This document shows positions 49,258-56,901 of a stretch of 64,000 bases of DNA, in pieces. Where the stretch lies: NCBI GenBank assembly GCA_958295765.1, contig CATQHB010000002.1:2032091-2096090 (forward strand), read 5' to 3'. A program made the position numbers and the translations under genes. The notes under the pieces are model-generated. The model was not told the origin of the DNA, made no database searches, and worked only from the letters and a program-made list of their open reading frames with translations. Position 1 is the first letter of the stretch; each line of letters begins with the position of its first letter. Source of the DNA: an uncultured Dehalococcoidia bacterium (GTDB lineage Bacteria; Chloroflexota; Dehalococcoidia; Lucifugimonadales; UBA3495).

Positions 49258-49439
49258 AACTTTCCCCTTTAGGCCGGTGGCTGCCGGTATAGTAATATGC
49301 CTAAACACTAAAGTAAATGAGCCAGCGTCACCACCGGGTAAGGCAGCCGTCCCCCTACAACCCCAACATCTTCTCCAAGTTCGTGACCGTGCTTTAGATA
49401 TTTGACAAGCAGGGGCATTTCCGACCTCGGCTTACGGAC

Positions 49440-49592
49440 CTACTTTTTCTTCTCGCACTCGGAGCATAGGGGTAGATACTGGTAACAGTCACATTGACAA
49501 AGATTGTCAATGTTGCCAATGTGGTAGCAGTCTCGATAGATATGGTTCTTGTTGTCGCTCTCGTGCATCGCCGAATGGAATTTGTTCTGCAT
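49440..49592 (-). CDS. Small Cys/His-rich hypothetical protein (50 aa)
   Basis: MQNKFHSAMHESDNKNHIYRDCYHIGNIDNLCQCDCYQYLPLCSECEKKK. AAGGAG lies 5 nt before the ATG. It sits in the most AT-rich coding-like segment of the locus. Confidence 0.4.
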   Translation of the reverse strand: MQNKFHSAMHESDNKNHIYRDCYHIGNIDNLCQCDCYQYLPLCSECEKKK

Positions 49593-49644
49593 AATTTCTC
49601 CTTTACTTCTTGATATGTTGGCAAAGCTGTACGGGCAGTTTACT

Positions 49645-49718
49645 CCGCTCATGGTGAGCTTGTCGAACCACCGGCCCGTGTCCTGCGGGACATCCTTCGA
49701 CCGGCTCAGGATGAGCGG
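49645..49718. repeat. Family A hairpin
   Basis: CCGCTCATGGTGAGCTTGTCGAACCAC ... CCTTCGACCGGCTCAGGATGAGCGG. Confidence 0.9.
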
Positions 49719-49758
49719 AGCGGGTAACTCGCACGGCTTTGCAACTGCCCGGCGGGAC

Positions 49759-50715
49759 TTACAGCCCCAACATCTTCTCCAGGTTCTTCCACAAAATGGC
49801 TTCCTTTTCGGCCAGGGTCAGGCTTTCCAGACCCATAACCCAGGACACCGGCCAGTCAATCCGCATATCGGCCGGCCAGTCGGTGCCCAGCACTACCCGG
49901 TCGATGCCCACCGAGTCAATCAGCATCCGCAGGGCCGGTTCGCTGTGGGTCAGGCAGTCATAGTAGAACTTGTTCAGGTAGGCGCTGGGCGGTTGGCCGA
50001 TGTTCACCCGCGCCTCGGAACGCACCTGCCAGCCCCGATCCATCCGGCCAATGCCAAAGCAGGCGTAGCCGCCGCCGTGGGCCAGGCACACCTTCAAGTC
50101 GGGGAACTTGTCCATTACCCCGCCAAAGGTGAAGGCGGCGAAGGTAACTACCCGGTCGGTCGGGTTGCCGATGGTGTTGCGGACGTGGTAGCGGGGCTGG
50201 CGCTGGGAGCCGATGGTCTGGCCGCCCTGGTGGATAAAAATCAGCGCGCCCATCTGCTCCGCCGCCTGCCAGATGGGAAAGAACTCCGGCTCGTCAAAGG
50301 TCTTGCCGTTCACCTGGTCGCCAATCATCGCGCCCTTGAACCCCAACTGACTGACCGCCCGCTCCAGTTCGGCGATGGCGGCCCCGGCGTCCTGCATCGG
50401 GATGGTCGCCAGGCCGGCCAGCCGTTCCGGGTAGTCCATGGTCATCTGGTAGATTTCGTCGTTGCAGTCCCGGGCGATGGCGGCGGTAACCGCCGGGTCT
50501 TTGTCGTACTGGTAAAACCCGGCGTTGGTGGAAACTACCTGGATGTCCACCCCCAGCGAGTCCATATCGGCGATGCGCTGCTCCGGCGTCCAGGCGTTGC
50601 GGGGATTGAACAGTTCCCCGTCGGCGGTGGTCATACCGTGCCAGTCCTGGCCGGCCAGCACCGCCCGCTGAAAACATTGGGGCGTAGAGTGGGCGTGAAC
50701 GTCTATACTTCGCAT
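49759..50715 (-). CDS. Amidohydrolase-2 family, paralog 3
   Basis: MRSIDVHAHSTPQC... 318 aa with the same ligand pattern. Confidence 0.88.
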   Translation of the reverse strand: MRSIDVHAHSTPQCFQRAVLAGQDWHGMTTADGELFNPRNAWTPEQRIADMDSLGVDIQVVSTNAGFYQYDKDPAVTAAIARDCNDEIYQMTMDYPERLAGLATIPMQDAGAAIAELERAVSQLGFKGAMIGDQVNGKTFDEPEFFPIWQAAEQMGALIFIHQGGQTIGSQRQPRYHVRNTIGNPTDRVVTFAAFTFGGVMDKFPDLKVCLAHGGGYACFGIGRMDRGWQVRSEARVNIGQPPSAYLNKFYYDCLTHSEPALRMLIDSVGIDRVVLGTDWPADMRIDWPVSWVMGLESLTLAEKEAILWKNLEKMLGL

Positions 50716-50768
50716 TGGTCTCCTTTTCCTTTAATGATGTGGCATAACTTGATGGTAAGGCGTAATCC

Positions 50769-51175
50769 CTGCTCATTTTGAGCTTGTCGAAGGACGGGTA
50801 GGGCGTAACCCCCGCTCATCCTGAGCTTGTCGAAGGACGGGTAGGGCGCAACTCCCGCTCATCCTGAGCCTGTCGAAGGACGGGTAGGGCACAACCCCCG
50901 CTCATGGTGAGCTTGTCGAAGGACGGGTAGGGCGCAACCCCCGCTCATCCTGAGCCTGTCGAAGGACGGGTAGGGCGCAACCCCCGCTCATCCTGAGCCT
51001 GTCGAAGGACGGGTAGGGCGCAACCCCCGCTCATCCTGAGCCTGTCGAAGGACGGGTAGGGCGCAACCCCCGCTCATCCTGAGCTTGTCGAAGGACGGGA
51101 TGGTTCGACAAGCTCACCATGAGCGGCCAGAAGCTCACCATGAGCGGACTGGTTCGACAAGCTCACCATGAGCGA
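50769..51175. repeat. 43-bp minisatellite (about 8 direct copies of one family A arm plus linker) capped by three opposite-type arms
   Basis: The unit CCGCTCATCCTGAGCCTGTCGAAGGACGGGTAGGGCGCAACCC starts at 50812, 50855, 50898, 50941, 50984, 51027 and 51070, with a degenerate first copy at ~50769. It is followed by TGGTTCGACAAGCTCACCATGAGCG arms at 51100-51175. Confidence 0.95.
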
Positions 51176-51199
51176 TACGAGGCCCTGGGGGCAACAGGG

Positions 51200-52156
51200 C
51201 TAGATGCCCAAAAGCCGCTCCATATTCTTGTAGAGGATGGCTTCCTTTTCCCCCATAGTCAGGCTTTCCAGGCCGAGAATCCAGGACACCGGCCAGTCAA
51301 TCGCCATATCGGCCGGCCAGTCGGTGCCGAAAATTACCTTGTCAATCCCCACGGTATCTATGAGCATCCGCAGGGCCGGTTCGCTGTGGGTCAGGCAGTC
51401 GTAGTAGAACTTGTCCAGGTAGGCGCTGGGCGGCTGGGCGATGTTGACCCGGGCCTCGGAGCGTACCTGCCAGCCCCGGTCCATCCGCCCGGCGCCAAAG
51501 CAGGTATAGCCGCCGCCGTGACACAGGCAGACCCGCAGGTCGGGGCAGGCGTCCATCACCCCACCAAAGACAAAGGAGGCAAAGGTAACGGCCCGGTCCA
51601 CCAAGTTGCCGATGGTGTTGTGCAGGTGGTAGCGGGGGTTCCGGTCCCGTACCAGGGTTCGGCCCCCCTGCTGATGCACCAGCAGCACCGCGCCCATCTG
51701 CTCCGCCGCCTTCCACAGGGGCATAAACTCCGGGTCATCGTAGGTCTTGCCGTTCACGTGGTCGTCAATCATGGCGCCCACAAAGCCAAGCTGATTGACG
51801 GTGCGGTCCAGCTCGGCAATCGCCAGCCCCACGTCCTGCATCGGGATAATCGCCATACCCTTGAACCGGTCGGGATAGTCCACCGTCATCTGATAGACCT
51901 CATCGTTACATTCCCGGTGCATCGCGGAAATAACCTGGGCGTCCCGCTCGTAGTAGTAGTAAAAGCTGAAGGTGGAAACGACGTGAACGTCCACCCCCAG
52001 GGAGTCCATATCGTCGATGCGCTGCTCCGGCGTCCAGGAGTTGCGGGGGCCGACGCGCATTTCGCCGGGCTTGACGCCGTGCCACTCCCGGCCCTCCCGC
52101 ATGGCCTGGATAAAACACTGGGGCGTCAGGTGAGCGTGAATATCTATGCTTCGCAA
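51200..52156 (-). CDS. Amidohydrolase-2 family, paralog 4
   Basis: Start set at the TTG (LRSIDIHAH) 6 nt after GGAGGTG, giving 318 aa like the paralogs. The track ORF extends 64 codons further upstream. Confidence 0.85.
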   Translation of the reverse strand: MRSIDIHAHLTPQCFIQAMREGREWHGVKPGEMRVGPRNSWTPEQRIDDMDSLGVDVHVVSTFSFYYYYERDAQVISAMHRECNDEVYQMTVDYPDRFKGMAIIPMQDVGLAIAELDRTVNQLGFVGAMIDDHVNGKTYDDPEFMPLWKAAEQMGAVLLVHQQGGRTLVRDRNPRYHLHNTIGNLVDRAVTFASFVFGGVMDACPDLRVCLCHGGGYTCFGAGRMDRGWQVRSEARVNIAQPPSAYLDKFYYDCLTHSEPALRMLIDTVGIDKVIFGTDWPADMAIDWPVSWILGLESLTMGEKEAILYKNMERLLGI

Positions 52157-52199
52157 GGTTGCCACCTCCAGGTTAAATGTTTTAGCGGCAGGGAAGCCG

Positions 52200-52994
52200 T
52201 CAGCTTTCCCCTTGACGCCGCCGCAGTTCCTCTTCCAGTTGGCGTACCCGGGCCTCGGCCCGCTGCCGGGCTTCCCGCTCGGCGCGCAGGGCCTCCCGCT
52301 CGGCTTGTAAAGCCGCTTCCCGATCACGCAAGGCTGCTTCCCGGTCAAACAATGCTTCCTCAGAGTCCGCCAGGTTGCGGAGGTAAGTGCTACTGGCCGG
52401 GTCGTAAAAGTAAAACCATTCCCTTTCCCAGCATAGGTACAGGTCCAACAGCGGACTGTACGACTTCAGGATACCGTCGGGTTCCGTGCTCAGCGGGAAT
52501 CGCTGATACTGGCCCTCTACCAGTTCTTCCCCTACCAACGGCTCCCCGTAGTATTCGCCCCCGGTTACGTCCAGCCGCCAATACTCCCTTACCCCGATTT
52601 GGGCGTAGATTCCCCGCTTCCTTCCAAAGTCCTCCCGCCCCGTGCTTTCCGACCCCACCTCCAACACCAGGTCCGGCGGCTTGCCCACTTCCCAGGGCAG
52701 GTATATCTTCCGCCGCCGAATTGCCTCTACGTCCACCCCCAGGGCCAGGTAGCAGTCGGGCATTACCCGCCGGTTCAGGTTGGCCGGGTCATAGCAGACG
52801 ATGGTGTTGCTGCCCAGGAAGTTCTCCCGGCTGCGTCCGCTCCCGGCGTAACGGGTGCTCAGTAGGGGCAGCAGTTCCTGTAGTATCGGGTCTTGATACA
52901 TCGAGTCCGGCAGCGGCTCCTTTTCGTCCGGGTTGTAGTCCAGGCTTGCGTAGTCGATTTCCGATACGTACCTGTAGGCCAGCTTGGTTGTCAT
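52200..52994 (-). CDS. Uma2-family (DUF820) putative endonuclease with a coiled-coil C-terminal extension
   Basis: PDxxL..G..E.....PDLVLEV.S pattern (VMPDCYLALG, PPDLVLEVGSEST, YAQIGVREYW) typical of Uma2. The C-terminus has REAALRDREAALQAEREALRAEREARQRAE heptad-like repeats. Confidence 0.7.
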   Translation of the reverse strand: MTTKLAYRYVSEIDYASLDYNPDEKEPLPDSMYQDPILQELLPLLSTRYAGSGRSRENFLGSNTIVCYDPANLNRRVMPDCYLALGVDVEAIRRRKIYLPWEVGKPPDLVLEVGSESTGREDFGRKRGIYAQIGVREYWRLDVTGGEYYGEPLVGEELVEGQYQRFPLSTEPDGILKSYSPLLDLYLCWEREWFYFYDPASSTYLRNLADSEEALFDREAALRDREAALQAEREALRAEREARQRAEARVRQLEEELRRRQGES

Positions 52995-53096
52995 TCCGCG
53001 CCTCCTGACGTTTCTGACCGCTTCGGGTTAATCCGGTTCCCGGCGCCTCGCCACCAATCCACCGCTGGACGGAGCCGGCGCCAACCGTGGTTACCT

Positions 53097-54050
53097 TTAA
53101 CCGTCAACCCCCAGCAGTTTCTCCATATTCTTCCACAGGATGGCTTCCTTCTCATCCTGGGTCAGGCTCTCCAGGCCCAACACCCAGGCCACCGGCCAGT
53201 CGATAGCCATATCAAAGGGCCAGTCGGTGCCGAACACCACCTTGTCGATGCCCGCCAGGTCAATGAGCATCCGCAGGGCCGTTTCGCTGTGGGTCAGGCA
53301 GTCATAGTAGAAACGGCTCAGGTAGGCGCTGGGCGGTTGGGGGATTTGCGGCAGGCGACCCACGTCCCAACTGCGGTCCATCCGGCCCACGCCGTAACAG
53401 GCGTAGCCGCCGCCGTGCGCCAGGCAGACTTTCAGGTCGGGGCAGGCGTCCATCACGCCGCCCATCACGAAAGAGGCGAAGGTAACGGCCCGATCCACCA
53501 GATTGCCGACGCTGTTGGGCAGGTGGTAGTCGCTGGTGCGGGGCCGTACCAGCGTCCCGCCGCCCTGGTGGATAAAGATGACGGCGCCCAGTTGCTCAGC
53601 AGCCTTCCACAGGGGCAGAAACTCCGGCTCGTCAAAGGTCTTGCCGTTCACCTTGTCGTCAATCATCGCCCCAATCAGGCCCAGTTCATTGACCGACCGC
53701 TCCAGTTCGGCAATCGCCAGGCCCACGTCCTGCATGGGAATCTGGGCAAAGCCCCGGAACCGCTCCGGGTAGTCCAGGGTCATCTGACGCACCTCGTCGT
53801 TGCACTCCCGGTGCATCGTGGCAATGGTCTGGGCCTCCCGGCCATAGAAGTAGAACTGGGCGCCGGTGGAGACCACCTGCACGTCCACGCCCAGGGAATT
53901 CATATCCTGGATGCGCTGTTCCGGCGTCCATTCCAGTTCCGGCTCAATATCCAGCGGACGGGGTTCCAGGCTGTGCCATTCCCGACCTTCCTTCATTGCC
54001 TGGATAAAAGCCTGGGGTGTTACGTGGGCATGAATATCTATACTACGCAC
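53097..54050 (-). CDS. Amidohydrolase-2 family, paralog 5
   Basis: MRSIDIHAHVTPQA... 317 aa. GTG start 5 nt after GGGAGG. Confidence 0.88.
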   Translation of the reverse strand: MRSIDIHAHVTPQAFIQAMKEGREWHSLEPRPLDIEPELEWTPEQRIQDMNSLGVDVQVVSTGAQFYFYGREAQTIATMHRECNDEVRQMTLDYPERFRGFAQIPMQDVGLAIAELERSVNELGLIGAMIDDKVNGKTFDEPEFLPLWKAAEQLGAVIFIHQGGGTLVRPRTSDYHLPNSVGNLVDRAVTFASFVMGGVMDACPDLKVCLAHGGGYACYGVGRMDRSWDVGRLPQIPQPPSAYLSRFYYDCLTHSETALRMLIDLAGIDKVVFGTDWPFDMAIDWPVAWVLGLESLTQDEKEAILWKNMEKLLGVDG

Positions 54051-54165
54051 CTGAACCTCCCGAATCGATTGGGCTGATTTGCCGCTTGATTATATGAGAT
54101 AAAACCGCCCGGTTCTACCTTTTGCCGGTTTTGGTATTTTCCCGCTGGTCGGCATTTTCGTCGGA

Positions 54166-54403
54166 GTAGGGGCGGGTTTGTAACCCGCCCTTGCCCACAA
54201 CGGCAGAATTATTTGGGTAACGGAGACAGCGTATCCAACCTATCCTTGCACTGGAACCAGGGCGGGTTATAAACCCGCCCCTACAATGCACCAGGGCCGG
54301 GTAAGGAACACCAACGCGTGTTGAGAATACCCCGGTTTTTCACACAGAGACGCAGAGACCCGGAGTTTCACAGAGAGTCTCTGCGATTCTCCAGGTCTCT
54401 GCG
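54166..54403. repeat. Family B inverted pair plus a family E palindrome
   Basis: GTAGGGGCGGGTTTGTAACCCGCCC (54166) and CCAGGGCGGGTTATAAACCCGCCCCTAC (54257-54284). CACACAGAGACGCAGAGACC...GGTCTCTGCG lies at 54341-54403. Confidence 0.85.
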
Positions 54404-54444
54404 TTAAAAGGAATCCCGCAGAGTAGAGCCGCTGCCCGGAACGC

Positions 54445-55365
54445 CTACCGCCCGCGCTGCCGGGGGTCGAACAGGTCCCGCAGGGCATCGCCAAAGAAGG
54501 CGAAACCCATCACGGTAATGGTGATGAAGACCCCGGGGAAGACGATAATCCACGGCGCCCGAGGCGCGTACTGGGCCGCCTGGCCGGTGAGCATCCGCCC
54601 CCAGGACGGGGTAGGCTCGGAGATGCCCAGTCCCAGGTAGCTCAAACCCGCCTCGGTCAGGATGGCGGTGCCGAACATTGACGACATTATAATCAGGAAG
54701 GGCGCCACCGTATTGGGCATAATGTGGCGCAACATCGTCCGCAAGTCGGAGGCGCCGATGGAACGGGCCGCCATGGTGTAGTCCGTTTCCCGGATGGCTA
54801 TGGTGGCGGAGCGGATAATCCGCACGCCCCGGGGCAGAATGGTGGCGGCAATTGCCATAATCACGTTGGGCAGGGTGTTGCCGAACACCGCCACGATGGT
54901 CAGGGCCAGAATCAGGTCCGGGAAGGACATCCACATATCCACCAGGCGCTGCACAATGGCGTCCACCTTGCCCATAAAGAAGCCGGAAATCAGGCCGATA
55001 ACCGCGCCGATCCCGGTGCCGGCCAGCACGGACAGGAAGCCCACCAGCATGGAAATCCGCGCCCCATGCACGATCCGGGAAAAGACATCCCGCCCGAAGT
55101 TATCGGTGCCGAAGAAGAACTCAAAGCTGGGCGCGTGCAGCACCGCCGTATAGTTCTGCTCCTGATAGGCGTAGGGGGCAATCAGGTCGGCAAATACGGC
55201 GGTCAGCACCATCACCACCACGATGAACAACCCGATGGTGCCCAGCAGTTTGTGCCGGAAGTAATAGACGTTGTATTTCCAGAACCCGGGCCGACGGGGC
55301 GGCTCCGCGGCCATCAGGTTCTCGCGGACGGCGTCGGCGCTGGTAGTCTCATTTTGAGTAGCCAT
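54445..55365 (-). CDS. ABC transporter permease (DppC/OppC-like)
   Basis: 306 aa, multiple TM segments, and an EAA-like loop (ASDLRTMLRHIMPN). Confidence 0.88.
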   Translation of the reverse strand: MATQNETTSADAVRENLMAAEPPRRPGFWKYNVYYFRHKLLGTIGLFIVVVMVLTAVFADLIAPYAYQEQNYTAVLHAPSFEFFFGTDNFGRDVFSRIVHGARISMLVGFLSVLAGTGIGAVIGLISGFFMGKVDAIVQRLVDMWMSFPDLILALTIVAVFGNTLPNVIMAIAATILPRGVRIIRSATIAIRETDYTMAARSIGASDLRTMLRHIMPNTVAPFLIIMSSMFGTAILTEAGLSYLGLGISEPTPSWGRMLTGQAAQYAPRAPWIIVFPGVFITITVMGFAFFGDALRDLFDPRQRGR

Positions 55366-55552
55366 TTTATCTCTCCCTGGACAAAATGCCGGATGCCACC
55401 ACCGGCGTCGTTAAACCTGAACCCAAATAATCGCCAGTAATCCCGGTCAGCCGTGCAACCTGCAATCGGTTCAATGGCCGGAGGCGGTTCAATGACCGGA
55501 GGGCCGGGCCGTAAGCGGCTCCTGCCCTCCTTTCCGGGCGGCCTGCCCCGGA

Positions 55553-56518
55553 TTAGGTGTACCGGATTCGGGGGTCCAGATAGGCGTACATCAAGTCCAC
55601 CACCAGGTTAGCCAGCAGCACCACCAGGGCGACGAACATTACGATGGCCTGAACTACCGGGTAGTCCCGCGCCGCTACGGCCTGAACGAAGAGCTTGCCG
55701 ATGCCGTGCAGGTTAAAGACCGACTCGATGATTACCTGGCCGCTCATCAGGAACACTACCTCAAAGCCGGCCAGAGTAGTTACCGGGAGCAAGGCGTTGC
55801 GCAGCACGTGCTGGCCCAGAATCTTGGAGCGGTACAGGCCCTTGGCCTCGGCGGTGCGGACGTAATCCTCCCGCAGCACTTCCAGCACCGAGGAGCGGGT
55901 CATCCGCAGAATTTCCGCCGAACTGCGCAGGCCCACCAGGAAAGCGGGCAGCAGCAGTACCGACAGGTTCCGCGCCGGGTCATCCCAGAGATGGCGGTAC
56001 TCGATGGGCGGTTTCCAGCCCCAGACTGCCACCAGAATTACAATCACCATCAGGGCTAACCAGAAGCCCGGCATGGCCTGCAAGGTCATACTGGAGGAGC
56101 GGAGGACATAGTCAATCCAGGTATCCTGCTTGACGGCGGAGATGACACCGCCCACCGTACCCAGGACAAAGGCCAGCGTTACCGCCAGAACCCCTAACTC
56201 AAAACTCAGGAAGATCCGGGGCGCCATACGGTCCCAGACCGGCTTGCGGTTAGTCCAGGAAATCCCGAAATCACCCTGGAAGAAGTTGCCCAGCCAGCGA
56301 ACATACTGCTGGTCTAACCGGCCGTCCAGCCCCAACTGCTCCCGGATTTGCTGAAACTGCTCGGAACTCGCGTCATAAGCCTCTCCTGGCTCACCACCCA
56401 GCAGCAAGGCCGTAGCGTAGTCACCGGGAATGGTGTGGAGCATGACGAAAATGAACAGGGAAACGCCAAAAGCGGTAGGGACAAAAAGGAGCAGGCGCTT
56501 GATTAAATAGGTTCTCAC
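55553..56518 (-). CDS. ABC transporter permease (DppB/OppB-like)
   Basis: RTYLIKRLLLFVPT N-terminus and a YVRTAEAKGL EAA motif. I prefer the GTG at 56518, 8 nt after GGAGG; the track start is at 56527. Confidence 0.88.
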   Translation of the reverse strand: MRTYLIKRLLLFVPTAFGVSLFIFVMLHTIPGDYATALLLGGEPGEAYDASSEQFQQIREQLGLDGRLDQQYVRWLGNFFQGDFGISWTNRKPVWDRMAPRIFLSFELGVLAVTLAFVLGTVGGVISAVKQDTWIDYVLRSSSMTLQAMPGFWLALMVIVILVAVWGWKPPIEYRHLWDDPARNLSVLLLPAFLVGLRSSAEILRMTRSSVLEVLREDYVRTAEAKGLYRSKILGQHVLRNALLPVTTLAGFEVVFLMSGQVIIESVFNLHGIGKLFVQAVAARDYPVVQAIVMFVALVVLLANLVVDLMYAYLDPRIRYT

Positions 56519-56649
56519 AGTATCCACCTCCCCGGGTGTTTGCCGAACTTATTGCCTGACCAGTTACTGGCCGGATCGAGTCGCCGATTGGGCCGATTGT
56601 ATTGCCTTACGCCGCAAGGGGTTGGCCGGTTCTGTCGGATTTGCGTCTG

Positions 56650-56677
56650 ATTATATAAGTTTTATGATTGCTGTAAA
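56650..56677 (-). promoter_or_regulatory. Candidate internal promoter for the permease genes
   Basis: On the minus strand: TTTACA, 16 nt, TATAAT. It lies in the 374-nt SBP-permease spacer. Confidence 0.4.
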
Positions 56678-56825
56678 GACCCGGACTGATACCGGCCGGT
56701 TATCGGCCCCGTTATCGCCTTGCCAGGCAGCCGCTATATACCGGTAGGGAACCCGAAAGTCGGCCCTGGACTGCCTTTATCGATACTTGAATCGATACTT
56801 GATTGACTGCCCTGGATTTATGACA

Positions 56826-56856
56826 TAGGCCACCCACCGCGCAAGTGAGTGGCCTA
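56826..56856 (-). terminator. 3' stem-loop after SBP-1 (terminator or mRNA-stabilising hairpin)
   Basis: In minus-strand RNA, UAGGCCACUCA-loop-UGGGUGGCCUA forms an 11-bp stem including one G.U pair. It is ~46 nt after the stop and the tail is not U-rich. Confidence 0.4.
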
Positions 56857-56901
56857 CGTTCAGTTGTTGGTTCCTATCCGATTTGAGCCGAACCGGGGGT
56901 A

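Noticed and set aside
49394-49624. Alternative 76-aa ORF overlapping the Cys-rich ORF in another frame
   Set aside because: It has no SD and a start far from any ribosome-binding site. The 50-aa frame has AAGGAG at proper spacing. Both remain low confidence.
50769-51100. Possible CRISPR array (43-bp periodicity)
   Set aside because: The entire 43-bp unit is repeated with no variable spacers. It is a minisatellite made of a family A arm plus linker.
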